DNA of 24,694 bases from a virus (lineage: Duplodnaviria > Caudoviricetes). Shown one piece after another: positions 15,388 to 23,295 of the stretch. A program made the position numbers and the translations under genes. The notes under the pieces were generated by a model that had not been told where the DNA came from, searched no databases, and saw only the letters and a program-made list of their open reading frames with translations. Where the stretch lies: the IMG/VR virus record IMGVR_UViG_3300020042_003684, positions 1 through 24,694 of that record, one strand, 5' to 3'. Each line of letters opens with the position of its first letter. The first letter of the stretch is position 1.

Positions 15388-15829
15388 TGTTATCTCTAAA
15401 CTCTGGGCATGTGTAGCACAATGTGCTCTTAACATGGTTACATGTAGCACATGCTAGCACTAGGTTACAGGGTGCATCTGTCCCACCTCTAGCCTTGGCT
15501 ACGATGTGATCTATCTGTGCATCTCTATAGGTCATGATTACGTCACAGTAATGGCACCTAAGGCCATCACGTTCTACTAATAGCTTCTTGTAGTGACGAT
15601 AGTTCTTAGGCCAAGGTCTGCACTTCTTGGCCATCTTTCTTATATCACTGTCTTTAGGGTGTCCTACTCCACCCTTCTTTACGCTTATCTTAATGTCTGT
15701 TGCATATTGATAGATCGCTGCTCGATCGACGTTTAACTGTTCTGCTAACCAGTTACCGCCTTCTGTTGCATTCTCACGAATGAAGGCTCTTTGCTCTTCC
15801 GTTAGATTATTTCTAGGCACTATTGCCAT
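15371..15829 (-). CDS. HNH endonuclease with N-terminal HTH-like domain
   Basis: RDGLRCHYC...DHIVAKARGG...NLVLACATCN; N-terminal WLAEQLNVDRAAIY. Confidence 0.9.
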   Translation of the reverse strand: MAIVPRNNLTEEQRAFIRENATEGGNWLAEQLNVDRAAIYQYATDIKISVKKGGVGHPKDSDIRKMAKKCRPWPKNYRHYKKLLVERDGLRCHYCDVIMTYRDAQIDHIVAKARGGTDAPCNLVLACATCNHVKSTLCYTCPEFRDNIAKRS

Positions 15830-16299
15830 CCTTTAATCTTTAAGTGTTGTAACGCATTACAATAGTTAGGCTCATCATACTCAGTATGCCCATACCTATG
15901 TGCTACATAATGCCAATACATCCAGAACTGCTTAATAGGTGTAGATACTCGTAGGCTTTCAGTCTTCATCTGGTATAGCCCATATACCTGCTTACTACCA
16001 TTGAGGTTACCAATAGCTTTGTAATTCCACCTGGACTCTCGATGAACTATCTCGTTATGACATGCTAATTGCTTATCAGTTAATTGGTAATCAGCTTCTT
16101 TTTTAAGCTGTTGAATTGCAAGGTCTGACGCCTGTGCATCTAGGGGCGTAGCTATAGATAGAGATATCCCAATAGCGAGTGCTAACACGCGAGCTAGCCC
16201 TATCGGGCTCGCGTTGAGCCCCTGATGGGCTCTAGCGCTGAGAGTACCAGACGTGTCAAGGACGTTAGTATAAGTCCTGTTCAGAGGCGTGTCGCTCAT
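15820..16299 (-). CDS. Secreted SLT/lysozyme-like protein
   Basis: Signal peptide, RESRW (candidate catalytic Glu), YGLYQ, YVAHRYG...CNAL.H...GW. Confidence 0.8.
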   Translation of the reverse strand: MSDTPLNRTYTNVLDTSGTLSARAHQGLNASPIGLARVLALAIGISLSIATPLDAQASDLAIQQLKKEADYQLTDKQLACHNEIVHRESRWNYKAIGNLNGSKQVYGLYQMKTESLRVSTPIKQFWMYWHYVAHRYGHTEYDEPNYCNALQHLKIKGWQ

Positions 16300-16484
16300 C
16301 GATTGTCCGTACTATAGAATCCTGATCCCTTAAATGAAACTCCAATAGAGCTATAAACCTTATGCATAGGACTATGGCAGAACGGGCATTCCAGATCATG
16401 AGGCTCGTTAATAGATAGCCATTCTTCTACGCGTGCATTGCTTTCGCACTTATCGTTATCGCACTCGAACTCATAGGTTGGCAT
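16296..16484 (-). CDS. FmdB-family zinc ribbon protein
   Basis: MPTYEFEC...CPFC...FKGSGFYSTD. Confidence 0.9.
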   Translation of the reverse strand: MPTYEFECDNDKCESNARVEEWLSINEPHDLECPFCHSPMHKVYSSIGVSFKGSGFYSTDNR

Positions 16485-16945
16485 TATCGCACCCTACCTA
16501 AACTGGAATCCATTAATGCCTTTTCACCCTTTGCGCCAATAGCTAGTAACATAGTCCTAAAACTAATATCACGCTTCACACCATCAGGCCGCTCGAACTT
16601 AAAGTTATAAGGCGTTGGAATAATAATTCCTTTAGATTCCCAAACTTGATCCCACCATTTTCCTCTAGTGACAGGCAGAAGTGCTATACCATTTCCATGT
16701 TCGATAAACTTATCAACCCATGGGGTAGGCTTACTGTATGGAGGATTCATCCAAATGCACCCTAACCAAGGCTGAGCAAGTCCATCTTCAACTTCTGTGT
16801 AATATTTGTCTGCTGGAACATTTAACGCACCGCCTATGGGTGCTGCTACATCTAAATCGAACTGAATGCCTATGTGGTCAAATATCCATTTAGGTGTGTA
16901 ATGTTGGTCGCTGTTATGATTTTCTAAATTAGTTATAGAAGCCAT
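16484..16945 (-). CDS. Phage DNA N6-adenine methyltransferase
   Basis: YTP, FDLDVAA, DGL..PW and WMNPPYS motifs; start ATG 16945 preferred. Confidence 0.9.
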   Translation of the reverse strand: MASITNLENHNSDQHYTPKWIFDHIGIQFDLDVAAPIGGALNVPADKYYTEVEDGLAQPWLGCIWMNPPYSKPTPWVDKFIEHGNGIALLPVTRGKWWDQVWESKGIIIPTPYNFKFERPDGVKRDISFRTMLLAIGAKGEKALMDSSLGRVR

Positions 16946-17369
16946 TTGCGCCCTCGCATGCCCTACAGGTAGCCGTAAACGCCCATGCGCCACACATATT
17001 GCATCTCATAGGTTCAAGTGTACCAATGTCACCCTTATAATCCCCGTAACCTGCCTTAAGCAATAGATCGACCAGATCACCTAGTCTCATGAATGCAAGG
17101 TACTCACTAGGAGCCTTCTCCCCTTGACCATTTAATCGACTAACTACGATAGGCAAGTCACCAGCTTTACTTGCCCTCTTTGTGACCTGATCGATCCATG
17201 CCTTTGGCTGGAACGCCGATCTAGCTTTAACTTCCATGTCGAACGGGACATGTGTTATATCTTTTCCAGCCCCTCTACCGATATCTGCATGTGGCCACCA
17301 CTCCGAAAGGTAACGTGCGACCACACGCTCGGTCGAGAATCCTCGATACTTACGGCTTTGTGAGGCCAT
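16929..17369 (-). CDS. PD-(D/E)XK Holliday junction resolvase-like nuclease
   Basis: Homolog of 14325..14765, starting MASQSRKYRG. Confidence 0.8.
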   Translation of the reverse strand: MASQSRKYRGFSTERVVARYLSEWWPHADIGRGAGKDITHVPFDMEVKARSAFQPKAWIDQVTKRASKAGDLPIVVSRLNGQGEKAPSEYLAFMRLGDLVDLLLKAGYGDYKGDIGTLEPMRCNMCGAWAFTATCRACEGANGFYN

Positions 17370-17579
17370 TGACCGCGTGGCATTTAGAGCATGACCAACT
17401 CTTCTTAGCAGGTTTACCTTAATGTCTTTGTAAGGTATTGCCTCATTACATAAGCAACATCTAGTCGTGAATGTAAACTCCTCTAAAATTGCTATGACTT
17501 CTTTAGATCGATGAATCTCATCCTCTGTGGGGAATGACTCCCATTCGCCGTCTTGGTTCATGAACTGTAGGCGTCCCAT
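17350..17579 (-). CDS. Small zinc-finger protein (1-nt deletion at ~17409)
   Basis: 230 nt versus 231 nt in A; restoring one base gives ..KKSWSCSKCHAVNGLTKP*. Confidence 0.75.
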
Positions 17580-18277
17580 TACATTCTCACCTTCTGGCGT
17601 TGCCATGATCCATCTTTAGCAATCTCGTACCAGATCACATCGTTAGGCGACTCGCATCGACCGCCGATCTCACCTGTTACTGCTGCTTTGCATTTCATGT
17701 GACCCCATGGCTTGCCAGCCTTTGTCGTACCTGTCTTCCACATCATCTCACCATGCTTGCAATGAGGGATATCCTTCTCGGTCTGGCCGCCAATGATCTC
17801 TTTCACCGTCGATACAGCTTCCCCCATTGTGGGCGGCATAGTCGCTGGCTTGATAGTCCATGGATCTTCTTCCTTTACTACTGGGATGTAAGTGCCGGAC
17901 GTCTCTGCCATCTTGGCCTTTACTTCTTCAACTTGAGTTCTAACTGTCGCTGCTCTCTGTACTTTTTGCATCTCTTCCACACTTGGTCGTTTACCCTTTG
18001 TAGCATATCCTGCGTTAGCAAGTGCTCGACCAATAGCAGAGGTCTCGCAATTTTCGAGAGCAGAAGTAGCATTGACCCCTCTGCCTTGGATAGTTTCCTC
18101 GGCAAGTCCACTAGTCCAAGGTCTAGAGTCAGCCTCAGTTCGAAATATGCGTGCCATGACAATAAAGCGGCCATTGGCCGAGTCAAGAAGTTCTGTATGT
18201 ATTTGCCCATCTGGATGATCCTTCCAAAATTTAGTTAGTCGTTCTTCTACTGTCTCATAATCTTCTAGGTTAAACAT
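17579..18277 (-). CDS. Rad52/Sak-like single-strand annealing protein
   Basis: Homolog of 13419..14114. Confidence 0.7.
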   Translation of the reverse strand: MFNLEDYETVEERLTKFWKDHPDGQIHTELLDSANGRFIVMARIFRTEADSRPWTSGLAEETIQGRGVNATSALENCETSAIGRALANAGYATKGKRPSVEEMQKVQRAATVRTQVEEVKAKMAETSGTYIPVVKEEDPWTIKPATMPPTMGEAVSTVKEIIGGQTEKDIPHCKHGEMMWKTGTTKAGKPWGHMKCKAAVTGEIGGRCESPNDVIWYEIAKDGSWQRQKVRM

Positions 18278-18548
18278 ACTGCTCATCCCTTTCAGTAATT
18301 AGTTCACAAGCTAGTGCGAGGTAAGCACACGCGTCGATATAGGAGTCAATATGGTCTGCCGTTTCTTGCAGACGTGCGAGCTTGACTTCGACCATCGCCA
18401 GACACGCTTGATGGTCTGAGATCGGTGTTTCAAGCATCTGTTGGAGTCTAAGTGCGATTCGAGTCTGATTGATACGAGGATGACCATATATTCGTCCTCG
18501 GTCTCCAATGATGTCAGTAGCTGATAATAGGACTTCACTTGCTTTCAC
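18270..18548 (-). CDS. DUF6378-like protein
   Basis: DRGRIYGHP...VKLAR...DSYIDACAY. Confidence 0.8.
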   Translation of the reverse strand: MKASEVLLSATDIIGDRGRIYGHPRINQTRIALRLQQMLETPISDHQACLAMVEVKLARLQETADHIDSYIDACAYLALACELITERDEQYV

Positions 18549-18700
18549 ACTCTCACCCTTTCTTTAGATTCGTAGTAATCTCTCACAGCTTTACGCCCTT
18601 GTAGATAGCCTACGCGAATGCCGACGATACGGCCTACATGGAAATATAGTGCAGATAGCACGATCATTACAATAAAATCGCCTAGCGATGGATCGAACAT
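18545..18700 (-). CDS. 51-aa membrane protein
   Basis: MFDPSLGDFIVMIVLSALYFHVGRIVGIRVGYLQGRKAVRDYYESKERVRV*; RBS AGAAAGG. Confidence 0.85.
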   Translation of the reverse strand: MFDPSLGDFIVMIVLSALYFHVGRIVGIRVGYLQGRKAVRDYYESKERVRV

Positions 18701-18745
18701 GTTGAGCCTTTCTTATCAACGCCCTTCGTTGATGGCTCTACTGTC

Positions 18746-18856
18746 TCATGATCTAAGGGGGAATTTACCGAGATTTAGATAACGAAATGGTAACGATTCT
18801 ATGTCGTCGATGTGGTCATCGATGTCCCGATCAAGCTCGTTATCTAGGTCGTCCAT
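18746..18856 (-). CDS. 36-aa acidic microprotein
   Basis: MDDLDNELDRDIDDHIDDIESLPFRYLNLGKFPLRS*; homolog of 12843..12953. Confidence 0.6.
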   Translation of the reverse strand: MDDLDNELDRDIDDHIDDIESLPFRYLNLGKFPLRS

Positions 18857-19586
18857 ACCGCTTGCCTGAGACTACGAAAGTCCCATCCTTCTCCAGATAG
18901 ATCAGATCGACTTGCACATTCTTGCCCTCGACATACATGATGGCGAATGCCTGCTGCCAGTTAGCCGATCCCTTTGTGTAAGAGGCCTTGCTAAAGTCCA
19001 TAAGATTGCCTACTTCTACACCATGCAGTACACGCCCTATACGGCCCCCAGAAGCCTCTGAGAAGGACGATCGCCCTGCCCTATGGGTATGCCCTGAGAT
19101 GACGCTCTTGCCATGCCTACGGGCCGCCTCAAGGGCTGAGAGACCCCCTTGTGACTTGATAGGAGTATGGTCGCCATGGACTGCAATCCAGTTAGGTGCA
19201 ATGTTATACGGTTTCTTATGAAAGGTAATCCCTAGCTCATCAAGCTGCATGAACTTCTCGAACCTAAGTTCCGGCAATGAAAGGAATGACGGAATCTTAC
19301 GCATGATCTGTGTGTATAGGCGGTCTGTGTGATTAGACCGAATCATCTGTGTTACTTGTAGATCGTAAAGTACCTGAACAGCCTCATCGCGATCGTCTCC
19401 CAGAGTCTGCTCGTAGGCTTCTGGCGTGCCTTCTGACCATTTTGAGATGGTGTTGAAGTCAATCTCATCTCCTATCGTGACTACTTCATGCGGCTTAAAC
19501 TTGGTTATAAATTGTGCTACATTCTTGACTGCGTGTCGATCATGAAAGGGAACCTGTAGGTCACTCACTATGACAATGCGCTTCAT
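18840..19586 (-). CDS. Calcineurin-like metallophosphoesterase
   Basis: Near-identical protein to 12113..12859; true start MKRIV at 19586. Confidence 0.92.
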   Translation of the reverse strand: MKRIVIVSDLQVPFHDRHAVKNVAQFITKFKPHEVVTIGDEIDFNTISKWSEGTPEAYEQTLGDDRDEAVQVLYDLQVTQMIRSNHTDRLYTQIMRKIPSFLSLPELRFEKFMQLDELGITFHKKPYNIAPNWIAVHGDHTPIKSQGGLSALEAARRHGKSVISGHTHRAGRSSFSEASGGRIGRVLHGVEVGNLMDFSKASYTKGSANWQQAFAIMYVEGKNVQVDLIYLEKDGTFVVSGKRYGRPR

Positions 19587-19804
19587 TAGTCCTCGTCGTC
19601 GTCCTCGTAGGGTAGGCGATCCACTCGGTCGGGGATCGATGGCAGAATCCAATCAGGATAAGCATCTCGATCAGTGATGATCGCTAGGCACATGTCCACG
19701 GGAAACCCTGCGCGTCTTAGGGCGCGGTACATCTCATGCAGGCTTATAGCCCATGCGTCTAGCTGTGAGTAAGTATCGAGATCGATGACTTTCTTTCTTG
19801 CCAT
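19586..19804 (-). CDS. Hypothetical protein with acidic tail
   Basis: Homolog of 11885..12112. Confidence 0.85.
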   Translation of the reverse strand: MARKKVIDLDTYSQLDAWAISLHEMYRALRRAGFPVDMCLAIITDRDAYPDWILPSIPDRVDRLPYEDDDED

Positions 19805-19812
19805 GTCAAAAA

Positions 19813-19962
19813 TTATCGCTCTAACAGGATGTTATAAATCTCATCGACACGCGAGTTGAGTCGCTTAATTTCAGACAGAAGATGCGTGATCACATAACCT
19901 GCAAGCCCACCGATGACGGCAAGGCTAGCGAAGTAAAGAGTGAAGAAGTTTTCTTGAGTCAT
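19813..19962 (-). CDS. 49-aa membrane/coiled-coil lysis accessory protein
   Basis: MTQENFFTLYFASLAVIGGLAGYVITHLLSEIKRLNSRVDEIYNILLER*. Confidence 0.85.
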   Translation of the reverse strand: MTQENFFTLYFASLAVIGGLAGYVITHLLSEIKRLNSRVDEIYNILLER

Positions 19963-20144
19963 TCTTTCCCGACTCCGAATGAGGCATCGTTAGGATTGAG
20001 CCAGCGCAGAATGACGGGTGCTACTGCTGCCGCGCCTGCCATCGCTAAGGTCTTAGGATCTGTTACGCCTGCCATGTATAGCGCGAGGGCAGCGGCCAAG
20101 AATGATCGAGCCCATGATGCTGCTAGTGATTTTGCTTGTTCCAT
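19959..20144 (-). CDS. Putative holin, 61 aa
   Basis: Two hydrophobic segments, SWARSFLAA...RWLNPND..FG; follows the endolysin. Confidence 0.75.
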   Translation of the reverse strand: MEQAKSLAASWARSFLAAALALYMAGVTDPKTLAMAGAAAVAPVILRWLNPNDASFGVGKE

Positions 20145-20572
20145 TAGTTTCCACCTATCATCGGGATATTGAACCAACTATTGTCTTCATCGCCCTTGAT
20201 AGTAAAGCTGACGTGCGCGTGATGATTATGCTTATTGATCCCATCATAAGGACGCCAAGCCCAAGCCTTCTTAGAGGAAGCGATCTTGCCGTCAAAGATG
20301 ATGTAAGAGATTCTCTTATCGCCAGACTTTGCAAGGAGTCGAATCTGATCGACCAAGTCAGGCATGACATCGGGCTTCCGGCCTTTGCCGTTAAGGTCGC
20401 GGTCAACATCGATGGCACGAACCCATCCTTGTGCATCTGGATTATGATCAGACTTGCGTGCAGCGTGTCGAGTGTCGCCGATCCAGCCGTCCGAAGTTCT
20501 ATCTCTATCGGGGAATGCATCATCAATCTGCTCGCGTAGTTGGATCGCTGACTTACTCAGGCGCGGCTTCAC
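20144..20572 (-). CDS. Endolysin, LAS/M15-like Zn peptidase
   Basis: SDHNP..VRAID...HAHVSF. Confidence 0.8.
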   Translation of the reverse strand: MKPRLSKSAIQLREQIDDAFPDRDRTSDGWIGDTRHAARKSDHNPDAQGWVRAIDVDRDLNGKGRKPDVMPDLVDQIRLLAKSGDKRISYIIFDGKIASSKKAWAWRPYDGINKHNHHAHVSFTIKGDEDNSWFNIPMIGGN

Positions 20573-20855
20573 AGGCTACACACTCCCATTTCTTTAAATC
20601 GCTAAGTGTAAGTTCTGGATGATTGCAAGGTACGGGTGCGATGAATGCATCATCGATTGGATCGTAGGTATAACCAATCCCTGCATAGTTATAGCGAATG
20701 TTTCCGTTGTAGCTAGTGCGCTTGCAGACTTGACCTCTTACCTCTGAATAGGCTTGCTCCCAGTCAGTAATGCCATCAACTTCTTCCCACTCGTCACGTC
20801 CGGGAATGACTTCTGTGACGATGTTATTCTCATCGAGAAATGCGTAATGTGCCAT
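20553..20855 (-). CDS. Small fibre-associated protein
   Basis: Homolog of 10886..11179. Confidence 0.7.
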   Translation of the reverse strand: MAHYAFLDENNIVTEVIPGRDEWEEVDGITDWEQAYSEVRGQVCKRTSYNGNIRYNYAGIGYTYDPIDDAFIAPVPCNHPELTLSDLKKWECVACEAAPE

Positions 20856-21652
20856 CAGACTGTCACTGTTCCCGTTCCCGCTGTAAATTGATAGACGCGA
20901 TAGCCTGCGCGAGTTGGCTGTGTATAAACTAAAGTCCCACCTATCGAGCTGAGAGGTGCGAAGGTGTCTGGATAAGCAAGAATAACAATTCCAGAACCGC
21001 CAGAACCTGCGCCGCCGATATTGTTCACGCCACCATCGCCGCCGTTGCCAGTATTGACTGCTCCTGAATTGATTGGGCCAGTTGCATAATTACCTGCACC
21101 GCCAACTGATCGAGTGACTGAAGTGCCATTTATTGAAGAAGCCAATCCTGCGCCACCTGCGCCTGGAGTATTGCTAACTGGAGAACCGCCGATTGCACCA
21201 GCTCCACCGCCACCTGCTGATGCAGATGCCGTGCTCGGACTGTAATTACCACCTGCGTTGCCTTGTCCTGCTGGAGAAGCAGCTCCACCATTATTTGTTG
21301 AGCCTGTTCCTGTGTATGCACCGCCGCCACCAGAACCGCCAGCCGTACCACTACCAGAAGACTGGCGACCACCAGTGCCGCCGCCTGTTGCAGTTATAGA
21401 TGAAAATACTGAATCAATGCCATTAGAACCTTCACCGCCACCTGCGCCTACTGTGACAGTAAATGATGCACCAATCGAGAAACCTGTTGATGTGAGATAT
21501 CCACCCGCACCGCCGCCGCCAGTGCCCGTGTTAGTAAAGCCTCCAACCGCAACGCCTCCGCCTGCTCCGCCTGCAATTACTAGGTAATCGACTGCTGTAG
21601 GTTTAACTGCGCCCTGACTTTGAGTGATGGCTGCTATGACGTTAGCGATCAT
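20855..21652 (-). CDS. Glycine-rich tail fibre / receptor-binding protein
   Basis: DYLVIAGG, GGSGIVILAYP and YRVYQFTAG motifs; start MIANV inferred from TAATG coupling. Confidence 0.8.
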   Translation of the reverse strand: MIANVIAAITQSQGAVKPTAVDYLVIAGGAGGGVAVGGFTNTGTGGGGAGGYLTSTGFSIGASFTVTVGAGGGEGSNGIDSVFSSITATGGGTGGRQSSGSGTAGGSGGGGAYTGTGSTNNGGAASPAGQGNAGGNYSPSTASASAGGGGAGAIGGSPVSNTPGAGGAGLASSINGTSVTRSVGGAGNYATGPINSGAVNTGNGGDGGVNNIGGAGSGGSGIVILAYPDTFAPLSSIGGTLVYTQPTRAGYRVYQFTAGTGTVTV

Positions 21653-22041
21653 TATGAAATTGCACCCACAACGTACCAAGTATCTGTGCCAGTCTTAATG
21701 CAAGCTGCAGACTTATACTGTGGAAGTGTAGGCGCTGCTGCAACAGCTCCAGCGCTAAGGACTGTAGTTGTGCCAGCAGTTACTGCTGAAATTGTGCAAA
21801 GGCCTACGCCTATGTTAAGGACAGTCAGGACTGTGCCGATAGGGAATGCAACCGAGGCGTTGGTAGGAATCTTGAAGGCGATGGCCGTTGCCTTGTTCAT
21901 TAGCTCTAAGACCTGATACTGGTCTGCTGAGACGGCTGTGTAGTCCACTGTGTTAGCAGTGCCTACTGTAAAGGCTACTAGGCCGTTATAGTCTGCTGCC
22001 GTAAAGATGTCACCTGTTGCTGCTGGAAAGCCTACTGCCAT
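21652..22041 (-). CDS. Minor tail / fibre adaptor protein
   Basis: Homolog of 9647..10036. Confidence 0.65.
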   Translation of the reverse strand: MAVGFPAATGDIFTAADYNGLVAFTVGTANTVDYTAVSADQYQVLELMNKATAIAFKIPTNASVAFPIGTVLTVLNIGVGLCTISAVTAGTTTVLSAGAVAAAPTLPQYKSAACIKTGTDTWYVVGAIS

Positions 22042-22050
22042 GATTGTCTC

Positions 22051-23295
22051 CTAGTATCCCATAATGGATTGTCCGATTATACCGTAAGTCGATGATCCTA
22101 TAATGAACCCTTCAACTATTGGCTCAAGTGTTGTTACTGTGCACTTCATAGAGTTTGGCGTGATATCCCACGCTAAGCCCTGCGCCTGCAAGGTCTTCAC
22201 GATTGTCGAGCCGTCAGGCTGCACGTTGGTGATCTCTAAGTTCTGAAAATAGTCTAGGCCAATCATCGTGTCAGTAGGGACGTCAGGATCAAGTAGATCA
22301 ACCGTCATGGCGTCAATGCGAATTGTGGTCTCTTTACGTGTTGCTACGTAGATGTCTGCGATGTCCTGAACCTGCGCATCTGTCTGTGCCACTAGGTTCT
22401 CTACGTTCATGCCGTGAGGAAAATACTTAGCAATAGAGTCTGCATCAAACGAGGAGACAGTAGAGCCTCCTACTCGTGTCATAGTGGCATCATTAATGAT
22501 GAGCTTGTCATCAAAGGCAAACTTAAGGTCTGAGTAAGGGATGCCTGTCGTTTGATTAAACTGGATAGGAGTTGCCGCTAAAGATCCTACGACATCGCTA
22601 CGATCTTTGAACTCTGCTGTGCCGTCTGTACGGATGAAGAATGCACCTTGCTCGGTAAACTCTGCCACCTGTAGGGCTGTGAGGCTTGAGCGTGTAGTGG
22701 CTGGATCGGCTTGGCAGGTCGTCGAGCCTGTATCTACGATCCTCATGTTTGCTGGAAAATCTACTTGATCGAGGATCTTGTCTATACGCGTGCCAGTGGT
22801 TTGTCCTGCTCCAGAGTCTGCAATTGTTGAGACATTAGCCATTGCAAAGAGTCGAAAGGCATCAGAGCAAACTAGGTCGACATAACCAATCTCTTGACCA
22901 ATTGGATAGGTGTATCGGTAGTCCTGAACATAACCTGAGAATAAGAACTGCTGTGTTGTAGCAGTAGTAGCAGCTACGCGGATCTTACGAAGTGGAGTGA
23001 GAAAGCCAAAATAAGGGCTTGATACATTTTGAGGGTTGAAGTAGGAATTAGGGTCAAGGACTCGGACTGTGCATGAGCCAGCCTCATAAGTGTCACGCAT
23101 AATGTTACGGCCACGACGGATCGTGATCTGTCTCGTTACATCGCTAAGATCTATGACAGGATCAGGGACTTCTGAACTTGCAAACTGACTGACTCCTATG
23201 ACGCCGTACTTCTCATCTCCGATAGTAAAAGGATAGCCAAAAGTAGCGCCTTGGCTAAAGTCAAAGGAGACTGAAATTGTTGCTGGAAGGGTCAT
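22051..23295 (-). CDS. Tail tip / baseplate hub protein
   Basis: Homolog of 8393..9637, same length (414 aa). Confidence 0.75.
   Translation of the reverse strand: MTLPATISVSFDFSQGATFGYPFTIGDEKYGVIGVSQFASSEVPDPVIDLSDVTRQITIRRGRNIMRDTYEAGSCTVRVLDPNSYFNPQNVSSPYFGFLTPLRKIRVAATTATTQQFLFSGYVQDYRYTYPIGQEIGYVDLVCSDAFRLFAMANVSTIADSGAGQTTGTRIDKILDQVDFPANMRIVDTGSTTCQADPATTRSSLTALQVAEFTEQGAFFIRTDGTAEFKDRSDVVGSLAATPIQFNQTTGIPYSDLKFAFDDKLIINDATMTRVGGSTVSSFDADSIAKYFPHGMNVENLVAQTDAQVQDIADIYVATRKETTIRIDAMTVDLLDPDVPTDTMIGLDYFQNLEITNVQPDGSTIVKTLQAQGLAWDITPNSMKCTVTTLEPIVEGFIIGSSTYGIIGQSIMGY

Noticed and set aside
16929-17606. 225-aa zinc finger-resolvase fusion ORF
   Set aside because: Created by a 1-nt deletion; A encodes two separate genes.
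10036-21652. Diversity-generating retroelement or invertase-driven fibre switching
   Set aside because: No reverse transcriptase, adenine-specific TR/VR pair or site-specific recombinase seen.
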